Of a stretch of 64,000 nt of DNA, positions 1 through 9,405 are shown in pieces. Origin of the DNA: Planctomycetota bacterium (GTDB lineage Bacteria; Planctomycetota; UBA11346). The notes beneath the pieces were generated by a model. The model saw only the letters and a program-made list of their open reading frames with translations. It made no database searches and had not been told where the DNA came from. The position numbers and the translations under genes were made by a program. How positions within the stretch are numbered: position 1 is the stretch's first letter; every line of letters begins with the position of its first letter. The stretch covers positions 9,486 to 73,485 of the forward strand of contig JBBQSO010000018.1 in assembly GCA_038213805.1 (NCBI GenBank). Reading direction: 5' to 3'.

Positions 1-1314
1 CGCGGCGGCGGGAACGCGGGCGGGCGAGGGGATCCCGGGTCCGGCGGTGTTGATGAAGAACACCGTGCAATCCCAGCGCTTGCGCGCATAGACGATGCGG
101 CTGTCGATTTCAGCCTCGGCGCTCGCATTGTCGGCATGCTCGACGTCCTTGTGCCACGCGGCCCCCCGCTGTTCGAGTCGCCACGGTGAGATGGTGACGC
201 CGACACGGAACCCGGCTGCGCGGATGCGTGCGAACAGCGCATCCGCAATGGCGTCGAACTCCGGTGCGAATTCAGCCACGCGGCGTGGATCACCAAGAAA
301 TCCGATGGTGTGTTGATGGACTCCGCCTTCGATGCCGTAGAGCATGACGCCCTGGGCATCCGCCCGGCGCAGTCCGGCGATCGCCTGGTCGATCGCATCC
401 GTCATGCGTGCGGAAAATGCAGCCGGCTGCAGATCGAGCACCGGATCGAACAGCCAGCCGCTGGGGTTGTTCGCTGGCTGGTGTCCAGGCGGTCCCATCA
501 GACCACTGAGCACCACGCAGCCGAGCGGACGGTGGTCGTTCCATGGCGGCGGCCCAAGCACGACCGTGCCGTCGGCGGCGATCATCCGCTGACCCGCGGT
601 GGCGAACTGCGCATGGTCACCGCTGCGCAGCGCGACGCGGCCTTCACTGACGGTCACCACGCTGCAGTCATCCTCGACATCGACACGGAATCGCGTGCCC
701 AGCACCGTGGCTTCGCCATGGGGTGTGGCGATGGCGAAACTGGTACCACCGGTCTGTGGCGCCACCTGCGCCTCGACGCTGCCCGCGGTCAGATCAAGAC
801 GCTTGCGTCGGGCATCGCCACCCAGGCGCACGTGGCTGCGCGGTGCGACGATGACCAGGCTGTGATCAGCGAAACGCACATCGCGTACCGCAGGGGGGAT
901 GTCGGCGCCAACCGCCAGGGCGACGCCATCGCCCCGCGCCACCGTGCTGCCGATCGACCACCACCAAGCGACCAGCACGCAGGCCGCGGCCGCACTGGCA
1001 CATGCCGACCACCAGCGCCGTGGCGAGCGGCGCCGCGCCCCGGCCATGACCTGCGCCACGGTCTGGGTGCGACTGGATTGGCGGTCCGCGATGATCAGGG
1101 CGCAGGTCCGTACGGCAGCGTCCCGCGCGGCAGCGGCACGCACATTCTCCGCAGTAGAGATGGCGCTCAGGTGATGGACGAAGCGGCGTTCGGCGGCGAG
1201 CGCCGCCTGCAAATCCTGGTCACGGGCGACGCGGGCGGTCCACGTGGCCAAGGCTTCGCCGACCAGGGTGCCGTCACACCAACGTTCCAGGTTTTCCAGG
1301 TCATCGGGCGTCAT
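1..1314 (-). CDS. FecR-family anti-sigma factor fused to a C-terminal putative GH-like (TIM-barrel) domain; 3' end runs off the window
   Basis: Not in the ORF track because it has no stop in the window. Its ATG (1314) overlaps the sigma-factor stop (ATGA). Manual translation: MTPDDLENLERWCDGTL..., TM-like ASAAAACVLVAWWW, FecR motif LDLTAGSVEAQVAPQ...FAIATPHGEATVLGTRFRV...VSEGRV, then PWNDHRPLG...DAQGVMLYGIEGG...GDPRRVAEFAPEFD. Confidence 0.85.
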   Translation of the reverse strand, partial: MTPDDLENLERWCDGTLVGEALATWTARVARDQDLQAALAAERRFVHHLSAISTAENVRAAAARDAAVRTCALIIADRQSSRTQTVAQVMAGARRRSPRRWWSACASAAAACVLVAWWWSIGSTVARGDGVALAVGADIPPAVRDVRFADHSLVIVAPRSHVRLGGDARRKRLDLTAGSVEAQVAPQTGGTSFAIATPHGEATVLGTRFRVDVEDDCSVVTVSEGRVALRSGDHAQFATAGQRMIAADGTVVLGPPPWNDHRPLGCVVLSGLMGPPGHQPANNPSGWLFDPVLDLQPAAFSARMTDAIDQAIAGLRRADAQGVMLYGIEGGVHQHTIGFLGDPRRVAEFAPEFDAIADALFARIRAAGFRVGVTISPWRLEQRGAAWHKDVEHADNASAEAEIDSRIVYARKRWDCTVFFINTAGPGIPSPARVPAAA

Positions 1315-1868
1315 GCGGTCGGCCCCTGGGTGTCGACGCAGGCCCGCAGGGTCTTGCGCAGGCGATGGAACTGCACGGCCAAGGTTCCTGCCGTCTTGCC
1401 CAGGCGCGCCGCGAGCGCGTCCAGGTCGAGGTCATCGCGGTAGCGCAGATCGATCAACGTGCGCAGCGCCTCGCTCAGCCTTCCGATACATACGCGTAGC
1501 CGTTCCAGACGTGGGTCTTCGCCCTGGTCGAGCTGGGCATCGAGCGCAGCCGCATCGTGACGCGCCAGCAGCGTACCCAGATCGCGTCCAGCCGAGCGGG
1601 AGCGGTTGCTCAGCTCCTTGCGCAGGTGATTGAGTGCGATGCCCTTGACCCACGACACGAACGTACCGCGGGATTCGTACTTGGGCAGCACCCGCCAGCA
1701 GGTGATCAGCGCCGACTGCACGACCTCTTCGACCAGATCGTCGGTGGCGCAGCGCACGGCGACAAATACCCGCACGTCATAGTGGATGATCTCCACCAGA
1801 CGCTGGAAGGCGCCATGATCGCCCTGCTGGGCCAGGGGCACCAGGCGGTTGATCTCATCCTCATCCAT
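1311..1868 (-). CDS. ECF sigma-70 factor
   Basis: 185 aa. Region 2 (AQQGDHGAFQRLV...VEEVVQSALITCW...FVSWVKGIALN) and region 4 (CIGRLSEALRTLIDLRY...LAARLGKT...LRKTLRAC). Coupled to the FecR gene. Confidence 0.93.
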   Translation of the reverse strand: MDEDEINRLVPLAQQGDHGAFQRLVEIIHYDVRVFVAVRCATDDLVEEVVQSALITCWRVLPKYESRGTFVSWVKGIALNHLRKELSNRSRSAGRDLGTLLARHDAAALDAQLDQGEDPRLERLRVCIGRLSEALRTLIDLRYRDDLDLDALAARLGKTAGTLAVQFHRLRKTLRACVDTQGPTA

Positions 1869-1876
1869 GTCACCAC

Positions 1877-1906
1877 GTAGTCCCTGTGCGTTGACCAGGG
1901 ATTACA
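1877..1906 (-). promoter_or_regulatory. Candidate autoregulatory ECF promoter (TGTAAT-N18-GACTAC)
   Basis: ECF-like -35/-10 arrangement directly upstream of the sigma ATG; inference only. Confidence 0.3.
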
Positions 1907-1980
1907 GGCGATTTTCCGAGGGTCTAGCGAGGGCAGAAATGGCGCATCCGGATCGCTCTGTCACGAGCACCACACTGCTC

Positions 1981-4419
1981 TTAAGGGGCGGCAGCGGCCG
2001 GAGTCGTGGGTGCGAAGAGTGCACGCACCTGCGCCCCTTCCGGGCCAGCCTTCGCAACGCGGTCCTCGGCTTCCTGGCGGCGCCCCGCGGCATAGAGGTG
2101 GAACGCCGCCAGCGCCTGGCCTTCGGCGTCATCGCCCGCCACGTCGCAGGCGAGATCGGCGAGATCGGCCTGGGCCAGCGCTTTCCACGGCAGTGAGATG
2201 GCGCCGCCATTGAGGACCGCGCGCAGCGTGGCATCCCCATCCACCCCGGTGACTGTGACCGGCGCATGGAACGCGGATGAACGGTAGCGGGCCGGACGTC
2301 CAGCGGCCACGCTGCGCCCGACGCGCAGCCGCAAGCGCTGGTCCCAGGCCGCGCTGATCGCGGGCGGCAGGGTCGCCCCACGGGCGACCGGGGGTGAAGC
2401 CGGCGCGGCCGGGCGCGGGGCCGTCGTCGCCGGACGGGCAGCCGCAGCGTGCGACTTCGCCACCGCGGGCGCGCGGTAGTCCTCTCCAGAGGCCAGCACG
2501 TAGGGCGGCACGCCGTCCGCGCCACCCGCCCGGACCAGCACCGCGCTGCGGAATGCCGCCACCGGGATGGTCTTGCCAAGCGTGCCGCCCCCGGACAGCG
2601 CCCACCCGCCGGCCGGGGTGGGGAAGGCGTGCTCACGCATGGTGTCGTTGATGAGCAGCAGGATGGTGGCGCGTTCGACACGTGCGCCGGCGTCGGCCCA
2701 CGGCGCGAGTTGCTGCCACGCGGCCACGTCATCGGCACGGCGGCCTCCGACCTGGACCAGGGCCAGGGTCGGCGACGCCACCAGCTGGGTACCTGACATA
2801 TGTCCATACTGGGTACCCTCCTCGGCATCGATGCAGCGTGCGATGTCATTGCCCTTCCAATCCGCGGGAATGTTCTCCGCCAGACGCAAGCGGCGGGGCG
2901 GATCCATGGCCCCGAGCAGATTGCCGGTGAAGGTGTTGTCCTGCACGTTCTTCTTGCCGCTGAGGTGAAGGCCGGCGATGCGGTTGCCGATCAGGACGTT
3001 GTCGGCGATGCGGCAGTGGTAGTTGTTGGTCAGGAACAAGCCATTCCCGCCGCTGCCGAATACGGTATTGCCGGTGATCACCTGATCGTGGAAATCGGAG
3101 AGGAATTCCGGCCAGATGCCGTGGCCGAGCGGATACCAGGGATGGGAGGTGTCGAGGTTGCCGATGCAGTCCAGGATGATGTTGTCGCGGATCACGCATT
3201 CGCTGCAGTTGGCGTAGATCGCCGCGCCGTCGTTGAGCGACCCCATGCAGCGCACCAGCACGTTGCGCTCGACCACCTGCCCCGGCGAGCCGAGGAGCAC
3301 GCCGGCGTAGCCGATGTCGACGAAGCGGTTGCCGCGCACCACCACGCCCTTGCCGGCGTGCAGAATCACGCCCGCGGCGTGCCACGAGCCGCTGCCACCG
3401 TAGCCGAACTGCATGCCGATGCGCTCGAAGCGGTTGCCTTCGATGACCGTCCCGCCGACACCGGCAGGGTTCTCGATCCAGGAGATGGCGACGTTGCGCA
3501 CATCGTGGAAGGTGCATCCCGTGATACGCGTGCCTGCGGCATCGAACGTGCCCCCGATAGCATCCTCGCCGATGTCGCTGAACGAGCAGCCGGAGATGAC
3601 CGACGCGCGCCCGATGCGCAGCGCCGTGCCGCCGATGCGCGCGAACGCGATCCCATCCAGCGTGGCGCCGCTGCACTGGAACCCCTTCCCCTCCAACACC
3701 ACCTCGACCGGCGCATGGGCGGCGGCGTCCTCCGGCGGATAAACGTACAAGGTGCTGGTGGCCCGGTCCCACACCCACTCGCCCGGCGCATCCAGCTCGG
3801 ACAAGCAGTTATCGATGCAGAATGCCGAGCCGATACCGGTGAACGGGTCGGAGTAGCGTCCTTCGGCGCCCAGCGTCAGCTGCCCCTTGCCGTTGTCCGC
3901 GGTGATCGGCCGGGTCTCCCACCACCAGCTCCAACGACGCCAGCGCACCTGGGCGCCCGTCCAGCGCGGCGCCCCGGTGACGGCCGCATCCGCGACTGCC
4001 AACAGGTCCGGCGTACTGCCCTGCTGCGCGCGCAGCCAGCCGCGATTGGGATACCGCGCCTGGACCAGGAAGCGGCCCGCCACATAGCATTCCAGCACGG
4101 GCCGGTCGACCCGGGCAGTCAGCACCTTGGGGTTCTTCGCCCACGGGGTCAGCACGGGGACGATGATGCTGGTGGTCAGCAACGGCGGCGGCGAGGCGGC
4201 CGGTCCATCCGCGCCGACCGCGACCCCGGCATGGAACTCGAGACCATCCGGCACGCGGTAGACGCCACCGCGCATCAGTACGAGGCGGTCACCGGACGCG
4301 GCGCGCGCCGCCGCGGCGACCAGCGCCGAGACGCTGCCGTCGGCAGCATCGGCAGGCACCGCGTGCTCGGCCGCGACGGCACGCACGAGCAGGCTGAGGA
4401 GAAGGAGCGTGCGCAGCAT
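1981..4419 (-). CDS. Secreted right-handed beta-helix CAZyme (GH141-like), with Pro/Ala linker and C-terminal SHD1-like plus helical module
   Basis: Start moved to MLRTLLLLSLL (signal peptide, AGGGG upstream). ARYPN, DNCLSELDAPGEW, many beta-helix repeats (IEGNRF, VRGNRF, IRDNII, ITGNTV) and LNDGAAIY. Confidence 0.75.
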   Translation of the reverse strand: MLRTLLLLSLLVRAVAAEHAVPADAADGSVSALVAAAARAASGDRLVLMRGGVYRVPDGLEFHAGVAVGADGPAASPPPLLTTSIIVPVLTPWAKNPKVLTARVDRPVLECYVAGRFLVQARYPNRGWLRAQQGSTPDLLAVADAAVTGAPRWTGAQVRWRRWSWWWETRPITADNGKGQLTLGAEGRYSDPFTGIGSAFCIDNCLSELDAPGEWVWDRATSTLYVYPPEDAAAHAPVEVVLEGKGFQCSGATLDGIAFARIGGTALRIGRASVISGCSFSDIGEDAIGGTFDAAGTRITGCTFHDVRNVAISWIENPAGVGGTVIEGNRFERIGMQFGYGGSGSWHAAGVILHAGKGVVVRGNRFVDIGYAGVLLGSPGQVVERNVLVRCMGSLNDGAAIYANCSECVIRDNIILDCIGNLDTSHPWYPLGHGIWPEFLSDFHDQVITGNTVFGSGGNGLFLTNNYHCRIADNVLIGNRIAGLHLSGKKNVQDNTFTGNLLGAMDPPRRLRLAENIPADWKGNDIARCIDAEEGTQYGHMSGTQLVASPTLALVQVGGRRADDVAAWQQLAPWADAGARVERATILLLINDTMREHAFPTPAGGWALSGGGTLGKTIPVAAFRSAVLVRAGGADGVPPYVLASGEDYRAPAVAKSHAAAARPATTAPRPAAPASPPVARGATLPPAISAAWDQRLRLRVGRSVAAGRPARYRSSAFHAPVTVTGVDGDATLRAVLNGGAISLPWKALAQADLADLACDVAGDDAEGQALAAFHLYAAGRRQEAEDRVAKAGPEGAQVRALFAPTTPAAAAP

Positions 4420-5150
4420 CGATGATCCCCTGGCCGACATTGACGGGCGACATCCATGATGGGAAAGCCCGGTGCATGTCCGTGAATTTCTTTGACCTGA
4501 CTGGGAAATCGTTTTCACGATCAGGGTGATCGTGCGCGGACACGGGGCCGAGTTCCTCCGTATCGATCGCCTCGACCACGTCTGCAGCATCCAGATATCC
4601 ATCACCACGACGCAACTTACCAACCCGCGGTTGGCGTTTTCTGTCACGAGCGCTCGCCATCCTTTACTACCCTCTGAGCGGGTTCGAGCGGCTTCGGCCC
4701 ACGTGTACAATCGCCTGCGACGGAGGCCTGCGCTCCGAACGGCGTCGGAAATGAGCGGCTGTCGCGTCAGCCCAGGGAATATCCGCAGGAGTCCTCCGCC
4801 ACAGCGCGGGACCGCGACCGCCCGCACACCGTGCTGGTAGGCTTCGTCACCAGCTACGCGTTCCTCAATCGCGACAACCGCTGACCTAAAATCCGTCCTA
4901 CGCAAGAAATGCCCTATCGACCCCCGCACCTGCCTAAAGGCCGGGCGGATAGCGATCACTGCCCGGTGCTGCGCGAGCCCATTTTCCCATGAGCGTGCCC
5001 CACGCCTCGGCGTGCGGTTGGAACGCCGCGGAAACTCACCTCCAAGCCCGGATTTCACACTGCGTCCACTGTTGTCCCGCGACCTGCCGGACGGTATGAT
5101 GGGGAGCCATGTCGTCGCCGCTCGCCGCGGTCACCGCCGGAGCCCAGTCG

Positions 5151-6518
5151 ATGCGTGCAAGCACTCAGCTCTCCCGGTTCTGCGCGCTGGTGCTGGCAGC
5201 CTTGACCCACCATGCCGCTGCGGCCACCGTCGCCCTGCCATTCAGCGACCACCTGGTGCTGCAGAGGGACCAGCCGGATCCGATCTGGGGCACGGGCAGC
5301 GTGGGCGAGTCCATCGTCGTCACCATCGCCGGGCAGACGCAGCGGACGGTGGTGGACAAGGACGGCCACTGGCAGGTCATGCTCGCACCGCTGCCGGCGG
5401 GCGGACCGCATATCATGACGGTGCAGGGCACCGCGCTGCTGACCATCGCCGACGTTCTGGTGGGCGAGGTGTGGCTGGCCAGCGGTCAGTCGAACATGGC
5501 GCGCACCCTTGGTGACGAAGGCGATACTGCGCGCACGACCGAACACCCGACGCTGCGCTTCCTGACCACCCATCCCGGCAAGGGTGGTACGACCGGGGAG
5601 TGGAAGAGCTTCACGCCGACGGATGGTCCCGCCATGTCGGCGGTCGCGTTCCATTTCGCCCACGAGCTTCAGGAAAAGCTGCGCGTGCCGATCGGCATGG
5701 TCATCGGAGCGCAGGGCTCGGTATTCATCCAGCGCTGGTTCGATCCGCAGGTCGAGCCCGCGGATCCCGGCATGAAGCGCGGCGGCGACCTGTTTCAGGG
5801 CTACCTGGCCGCCGTGGTGCCGTACGGGGTGCGCGGCGCGATCTGGTACCAGGGCGAGGCAGATGCGCGCGCTGGTTACGACCACGTGTACCAGCAGCGT
5901 CTGACGGCGCTGATCCGCTATTGGCGGCGCACCTGGCAACGGCCCCAACTGCCATTCCTGATCGTGCAGCTCCCCAACACCGGTCCGCTGCAGACTGACG
6001 TCGACCAGGAAACCGCAGGCTGGCCCGTGGTGCGCAATGCGCAGCGCCTGGCGCTGGCCCTGCCGGAAACCGCGCTGGCGGTGGGGATCGACATCGGCGA
6101 CGGGAAGGTGCACCCGACGCACAAGCAACCTTTCGGCTACCGTCTGAGCCTGGCCGCGCGCGCCCTCGCCTATGGCGAAAAAGGGCTGGTTTACGCCGGT
6201 CCGCTCTACGCTTCGGCAACCATCGCCGGGCGCACGGTGCGCGTGCGCTTCACCCAGGTCGGCGGCGGTCTCGTCGCCAAGGGCGGCGCGCTGACCGGCT
6301 TCGCCATCGCCGGCGCGGACGGGCACTGGGTGTGGGGAGAGGCGACCATAGCGGGCGACACCGTCACGGTCACGAGTCCCGCGGTCGCCGCCCCGACCCA
6401 GGTGCGCTATGCCTGGGCGGCAAACCCGCTCTTCAATCTCTTCAATGCGGAAGGCCTGCCTGCTTCCCCGTTCCAGACCAGCGAGCCCGCACCGGGCCCG
6501 GCAGAAGGAATCCCATGA
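5151..6518 (+). CDS. Sialate O-acetylesterase (SASA) family carbohydrate esterase
   Basis: FSDHLVLQRD, VLVGEVWLASGQSNM, WYQGE, VHP, VRYAW, NLFNAEGLPASPF; signal peptide. Confidence 0.92.
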   Translation: MRASTQLSRFCALVLAALTHHAAAATVALPFSDHLVLQRDQPDPIWGTGSVGESIVVTIAGQTQRTVVDKDGHWQVMLAPLPAGGPHIMTVQGTALLTIADVLVGEVWLASGQSNMARTLGDEGDTARTTEHPTLRFLTTHPGKGGTTGEWKSFTPTDGPAMSAVAFHFAHELQEKLRVPIGMVIGAQGSVFIQRWFDPQVEPADPGMKRGGDLFQGYLAAVVPYGVRGAIWYQGEADARAGYDHVYQQRLTALIRYWRRTWQRPQLPFLIVQLPNTGPLQTDVDQETAGWPVVRNAQRLALALPETALAVGIDIGDGKVHPTHKQPFGYRLSLAARALAYGEKGLVYAGPLYASATIAGRTVRVRFTQVGGGLVAKGGALTGFAIAGADGHWVWGEATIAGDTVTVTSPAVAAPTQVRYAWAANPLFNLFNAEGLPASPFQTSEPAPGPAEGIP

Positions 6519-7798
6519 TGCGCCTCTTCAGCCTATCACCGTACCCGGCGACGTCCCGCCACGCGGCGTGTGCGCAGGGCAGGGCGCAGCGCCGGATCGC
6601 GCTGCTGGTGCTCTGCGCGTGCACGTTGTGGTGCGCTCCGGTGCGCCTCGCCGCCTACGTGATCGAGAGCATGGACGGTCCGATCACGGCAAAGGAACTG
6701 GACAGCTTCCTCACAGAGATCCGCGGCCTGCAGCCGCAGACCTCGAACGCCGGCAACGCCATGGCGACGCACAAGAGCGGCACCGAGATCGCGGGTATCA
6801 GCAGGGTCTTCGAGGCGACCCGCGATCCCCGCATCCTGGCGCAGGCGGTGCGCTTCGCCGATGCCTTCTGCGCCTACCGCAACGATCAGCCAAAGGGCGG
6901 GCACACCGTGCAATGGACCGGTGCGGTCGAGCCGGTGTGGCCGATGTCCGCAGAAGCCGACGGTGCGGGCGGCGAGAGCGCGATGGTCGCGGGCCACGTC
7001 GCCTGCATCGCCTGGTTGATCTTCGACACCCCAGCGTTGTGGACAGCGACGGTGCCGGGTGGGGATCCCTACGGCTACGGTGCGACCTACAAGGAACGCG
7101 GGCTGACCTACCTGCGCATGACCGAAGAAGTCCTGCGGCGCTACCTGAGCAAATACTGCGTCATTCCCGGCACCTTCACCATCGTGAACCCGACCAAGAC
7201 GCCCGAGAGCGGCAGCCCGCCGCCCTGGAACATCCAGGCGATGTACATGCTGCCGCACCTCTACGCGGCACGCTGCCACGACCTGCTCGGCGACCACCCG
7301 CCGGAGTTGGCGCTGTGGAAAGGCGTGGTCGAACGCTATGCCACATGGTTCGTCGCCTCGGCCCAATATGATGCGGCCGCCGACGGCACCAAAGTCGCGC
7401 GCTGGTTCTATCTGGTGCCGCCCGATCAGCAGCGCAAAGAGAACCAGGGCCACGCCCAGCACGACATCCGCGGCCTGATCACCGCGTTCACCTCTGGCTA
7501 CACCACCGTCACCACCGAGCAGATGCGGATCTTCGCCGCCACTGCGCGCCACGCGATGTATCGGGGCCCGCACCAGTGGTCCGACAATGTCCACGGCAGC
7601 GGCCCCGACCGCTCCAATCTCAAGGCCGATCTCATCCCGCTCGCGCAGTGGGAGCCCTCGCTGCTCGCCCTGGCCGGGGAGTCGAACCTGCTCAAGGATC
7701 CGCATGTGGTCGACGGCGGCTCGGAGACCTGCATCAATGCCGGGTTCATGCTGTATACCAAGCAGTTACTTGCGCAGCGTGGGCCAAAAAAGCCTTGA
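6515..7798 (+). CDS. Secreted hypothetical protein, probably alpha/alpha-toroid and carbohydrate-active
   Basis: ATGA-coupled to the esterase; signal-like segment; strong coding bias; conserved-looking blocks WTGAVEPVWP, GGE..M.AGH, GDPYGYGATY, ENQGHAQHD. Family not identified. Confidence 0.7.
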   Translation: MMRLFSLSPYPATSRHAACAQGRAQRRIALLVLCACTLWCAPVRLAAYVIESMDGPITAKELDSFLTEIRGLQPQTSNAGNAMATHKSGTEIAGISRVFEATRDPRILAQAVRFADAFCAYRNDQPKGGHTVQWTGAVEPVWPMSAEADGAGGESAMVAGHVACIAWLIFDTPALWTATVPGGDPYGYGATYKERGLTYLRMTEEVLRRYLSKYCVIPGTFTIVNPTKTPESGSPPPWNIQAMYMLPHLYAARCHDLLGDHPPELALWKGVVERYATWFVASAQYDAAADGTKVARWFYLVPPDQQRKENQGHAQHDIRGLITAFTSGYTTVTTEQMRIFAATARHAMYRGPHQWSDNVHGSGPDRSNLKADLIPLAQWEPSLLALAGESNLLKDPHVVDGGSETCINAGFMLYTKQLLAQRGPKKP

Positions 7799-8242
7799 GC
7801 GGAGCGCTGGACTGCGCGCAGAACGCGACCAGCCGACCCGGGAATCACCGAGCTTCTGGGCCTTAATGGTGCTTCCTGCGGCCGTCCCGGGATCGTCGGG
7901 CAGTTCGTGGTTCAGCTATGCGCATGGGCCACGAATTTTTGCATCTTTTTAGCAGGAATGATGCCATCGCCAGGTTTTAGCGCCCTGATCTTGACAGCTG
8001 GGCAGTGATCGTGGCGCAGCGCTTCGCCGGGGAGATGCGCGATGTGGTTGGGCATCATCGTCTGCACCTCGACTTCCCCGGTCGCCAGGACCGTGGCGCA
8101 CGCCGGAGGGATCCCGTAGAAGTCCGCGAGGTCGACCGCGCATGGCTTGCGATTGCACGTGGGGCCGTCCGGACTCTGACCATTCCCTGATGTGCGAGCG
8201 CCACCGCGGATTTCTCCCGCAACGCCGCGGCACCCTGATCGC

Positions 8243-9022
8243 TCATTCACCGAGCCCAGCCGCACGCCGGCGGTAGGCGCCCGGGCCCATGCCGACGGCG
8301 CGCGTGAAGGCGGCGGTGAAGTAGGTGCGGTCGCAATAACCGCAGCGCGCGGCGATCGCGGTGATCGGCAGGGCGCCCTCCTGTAGCAGCCTGCAGGCGG
8401 CGGCGATGCGGCGCTGCGCGGCCCAGCGTTGTGGGGCGATCCCGACGTGGCGGAGGAACAACCGCAGGAAGCCGCTCTCGCTCATCCCGGCGGCTTCAGC
8501 GAGGTGCGCGTTGCCATGCGCTGCCGCGGGATCCTGGTCGATGCTACTCAGCGCCGCGAGCACCCGCGGGTCGGCGATGCGCGTCGGCCAGTCATCGGCC
8601 GTGAAGGCCTCGAGCGCGGTCAGCACCAGGGCCGCGCCCCGCCACGGCGCGCTGATCTGGGGCTGGCCATGACCGGGCAGGTCGCGCACCAGATCATCGA
8701 TGAGTGCGCGCTGCGCCGCGCCGCACGGGAGCAGCCACACGCGGTCGGTGAGGCGGTCGCGAGCGTGATCCGGACGGAAGTGCACGAACACGTGGCGATC
8801 GACCGGTCGCACCACGCGCCTCACGAATGGGGTTTGTGGGGCGATGATGGCCAGCACCCCGGCGTCCATCGTGAACTGACGGTGCCGCCAGTGCAGAGCG
8901 GCGCCCGGATCGCCATACCAGTGCAACCGCCAATGGGTGAGGAGCGGCTGCACCAGATCGGTGGCGACCCGGCGCTGCGCGCAGCGCACGACCTCCACGC
9001 TGACCTGCCAGGGCAGAGTCAT
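8243..9022 (-). CDS. AraC-family transcriptional regulator
   Basis: C-terminal double HTH (LAEAAGMSESGFLRLF...IAARCGYCDRTYFTAAFTRAVGMGPGAYRR) and cupin-like N-terminus. Confidence 0.93.
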   Translation of the reverse strand: MTLPWQVSVEVVRCAQRRVATDLVQPLLTHWRLHWYGDPGAALHWRHRQFTMDAGVLAIIAPQTPFVRRVVRPVDRHVFVHFRPDHARDRLTDRVWLLPCGAAQRALIDDLVRDLPGHGQPQISAPWRGAALVLTALEAFTADDWPTRIADPRVLAALSSIDQDPAAAHGNAHLAEAAGMSESGFLRLFLRHVGIAPQRWAAQRRIAAACRLLQEGALPITAIAARCGYCDRTYFTAAFTRAVGMGPGAYRRRAAGLGE

Positions 9023-9061
9023 TGCTGCACAATGCCGGTATTGCTCACTTTTCTGCCCCTT

Positions 9062-9091
9062 CTCCTCATACCCTGTGGAGGGTATGAGGAG
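9062..9091. repeat. Perfect 13-bp inverted repeat (hairpin)
   Basis: CTCCTCATACCCT-GTGG-AGGGTATGAGGAG in the divergent AraC/GDSL intergenic region. Confidence 0.85.
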
Positions 9092-9405
9092 TGGTGGTTT
9101 TTTCCTGCAGCGTTGCAGGAGGTTCGCCGTACACCCTGACAGTTAATAATGACGTCAGAAAGACCATGGCGTTGCGTACTGATCCCCCAAGCCCCCCTGC
9201 ACGGACCGTTGCCATGCCTGCTGACAACACAGCAGGCAGCCTTGCAAGCGGCGCAGGCGCGATGCGCGCACCTCCTACAGCCCATGGCGGTGCGCGATGT
9301 CAGGGGCCACCGCATCGCCTCGACCGACCCCTGCGATCGCGACTGCCGACCCGCCCTGTCCGTGCGCTCCGATTCCTGCTAAACTCCACGCTCATGGAAC
9401 CACCG

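Noticed and set aside
4500..4890. Coding-like plus-strand fragments (IDRLDHV; HTVLVGFVTSYAFLNRD)
   Set aside because: Possibly gene debris, but no family could be assigned.
4420..5058. N-terminal extensions called by the ORF track (also at 9091, 11169, 21991, 28852)
   Set aside because: Signal peptides, RBS positions and family homology point to later starts; the extensions are Arg/Pro-rich and non-coding-like.
7912..8265. Small ORFs downstream of araC
   Set aside because: No recognisable motif or consistent coding bias.
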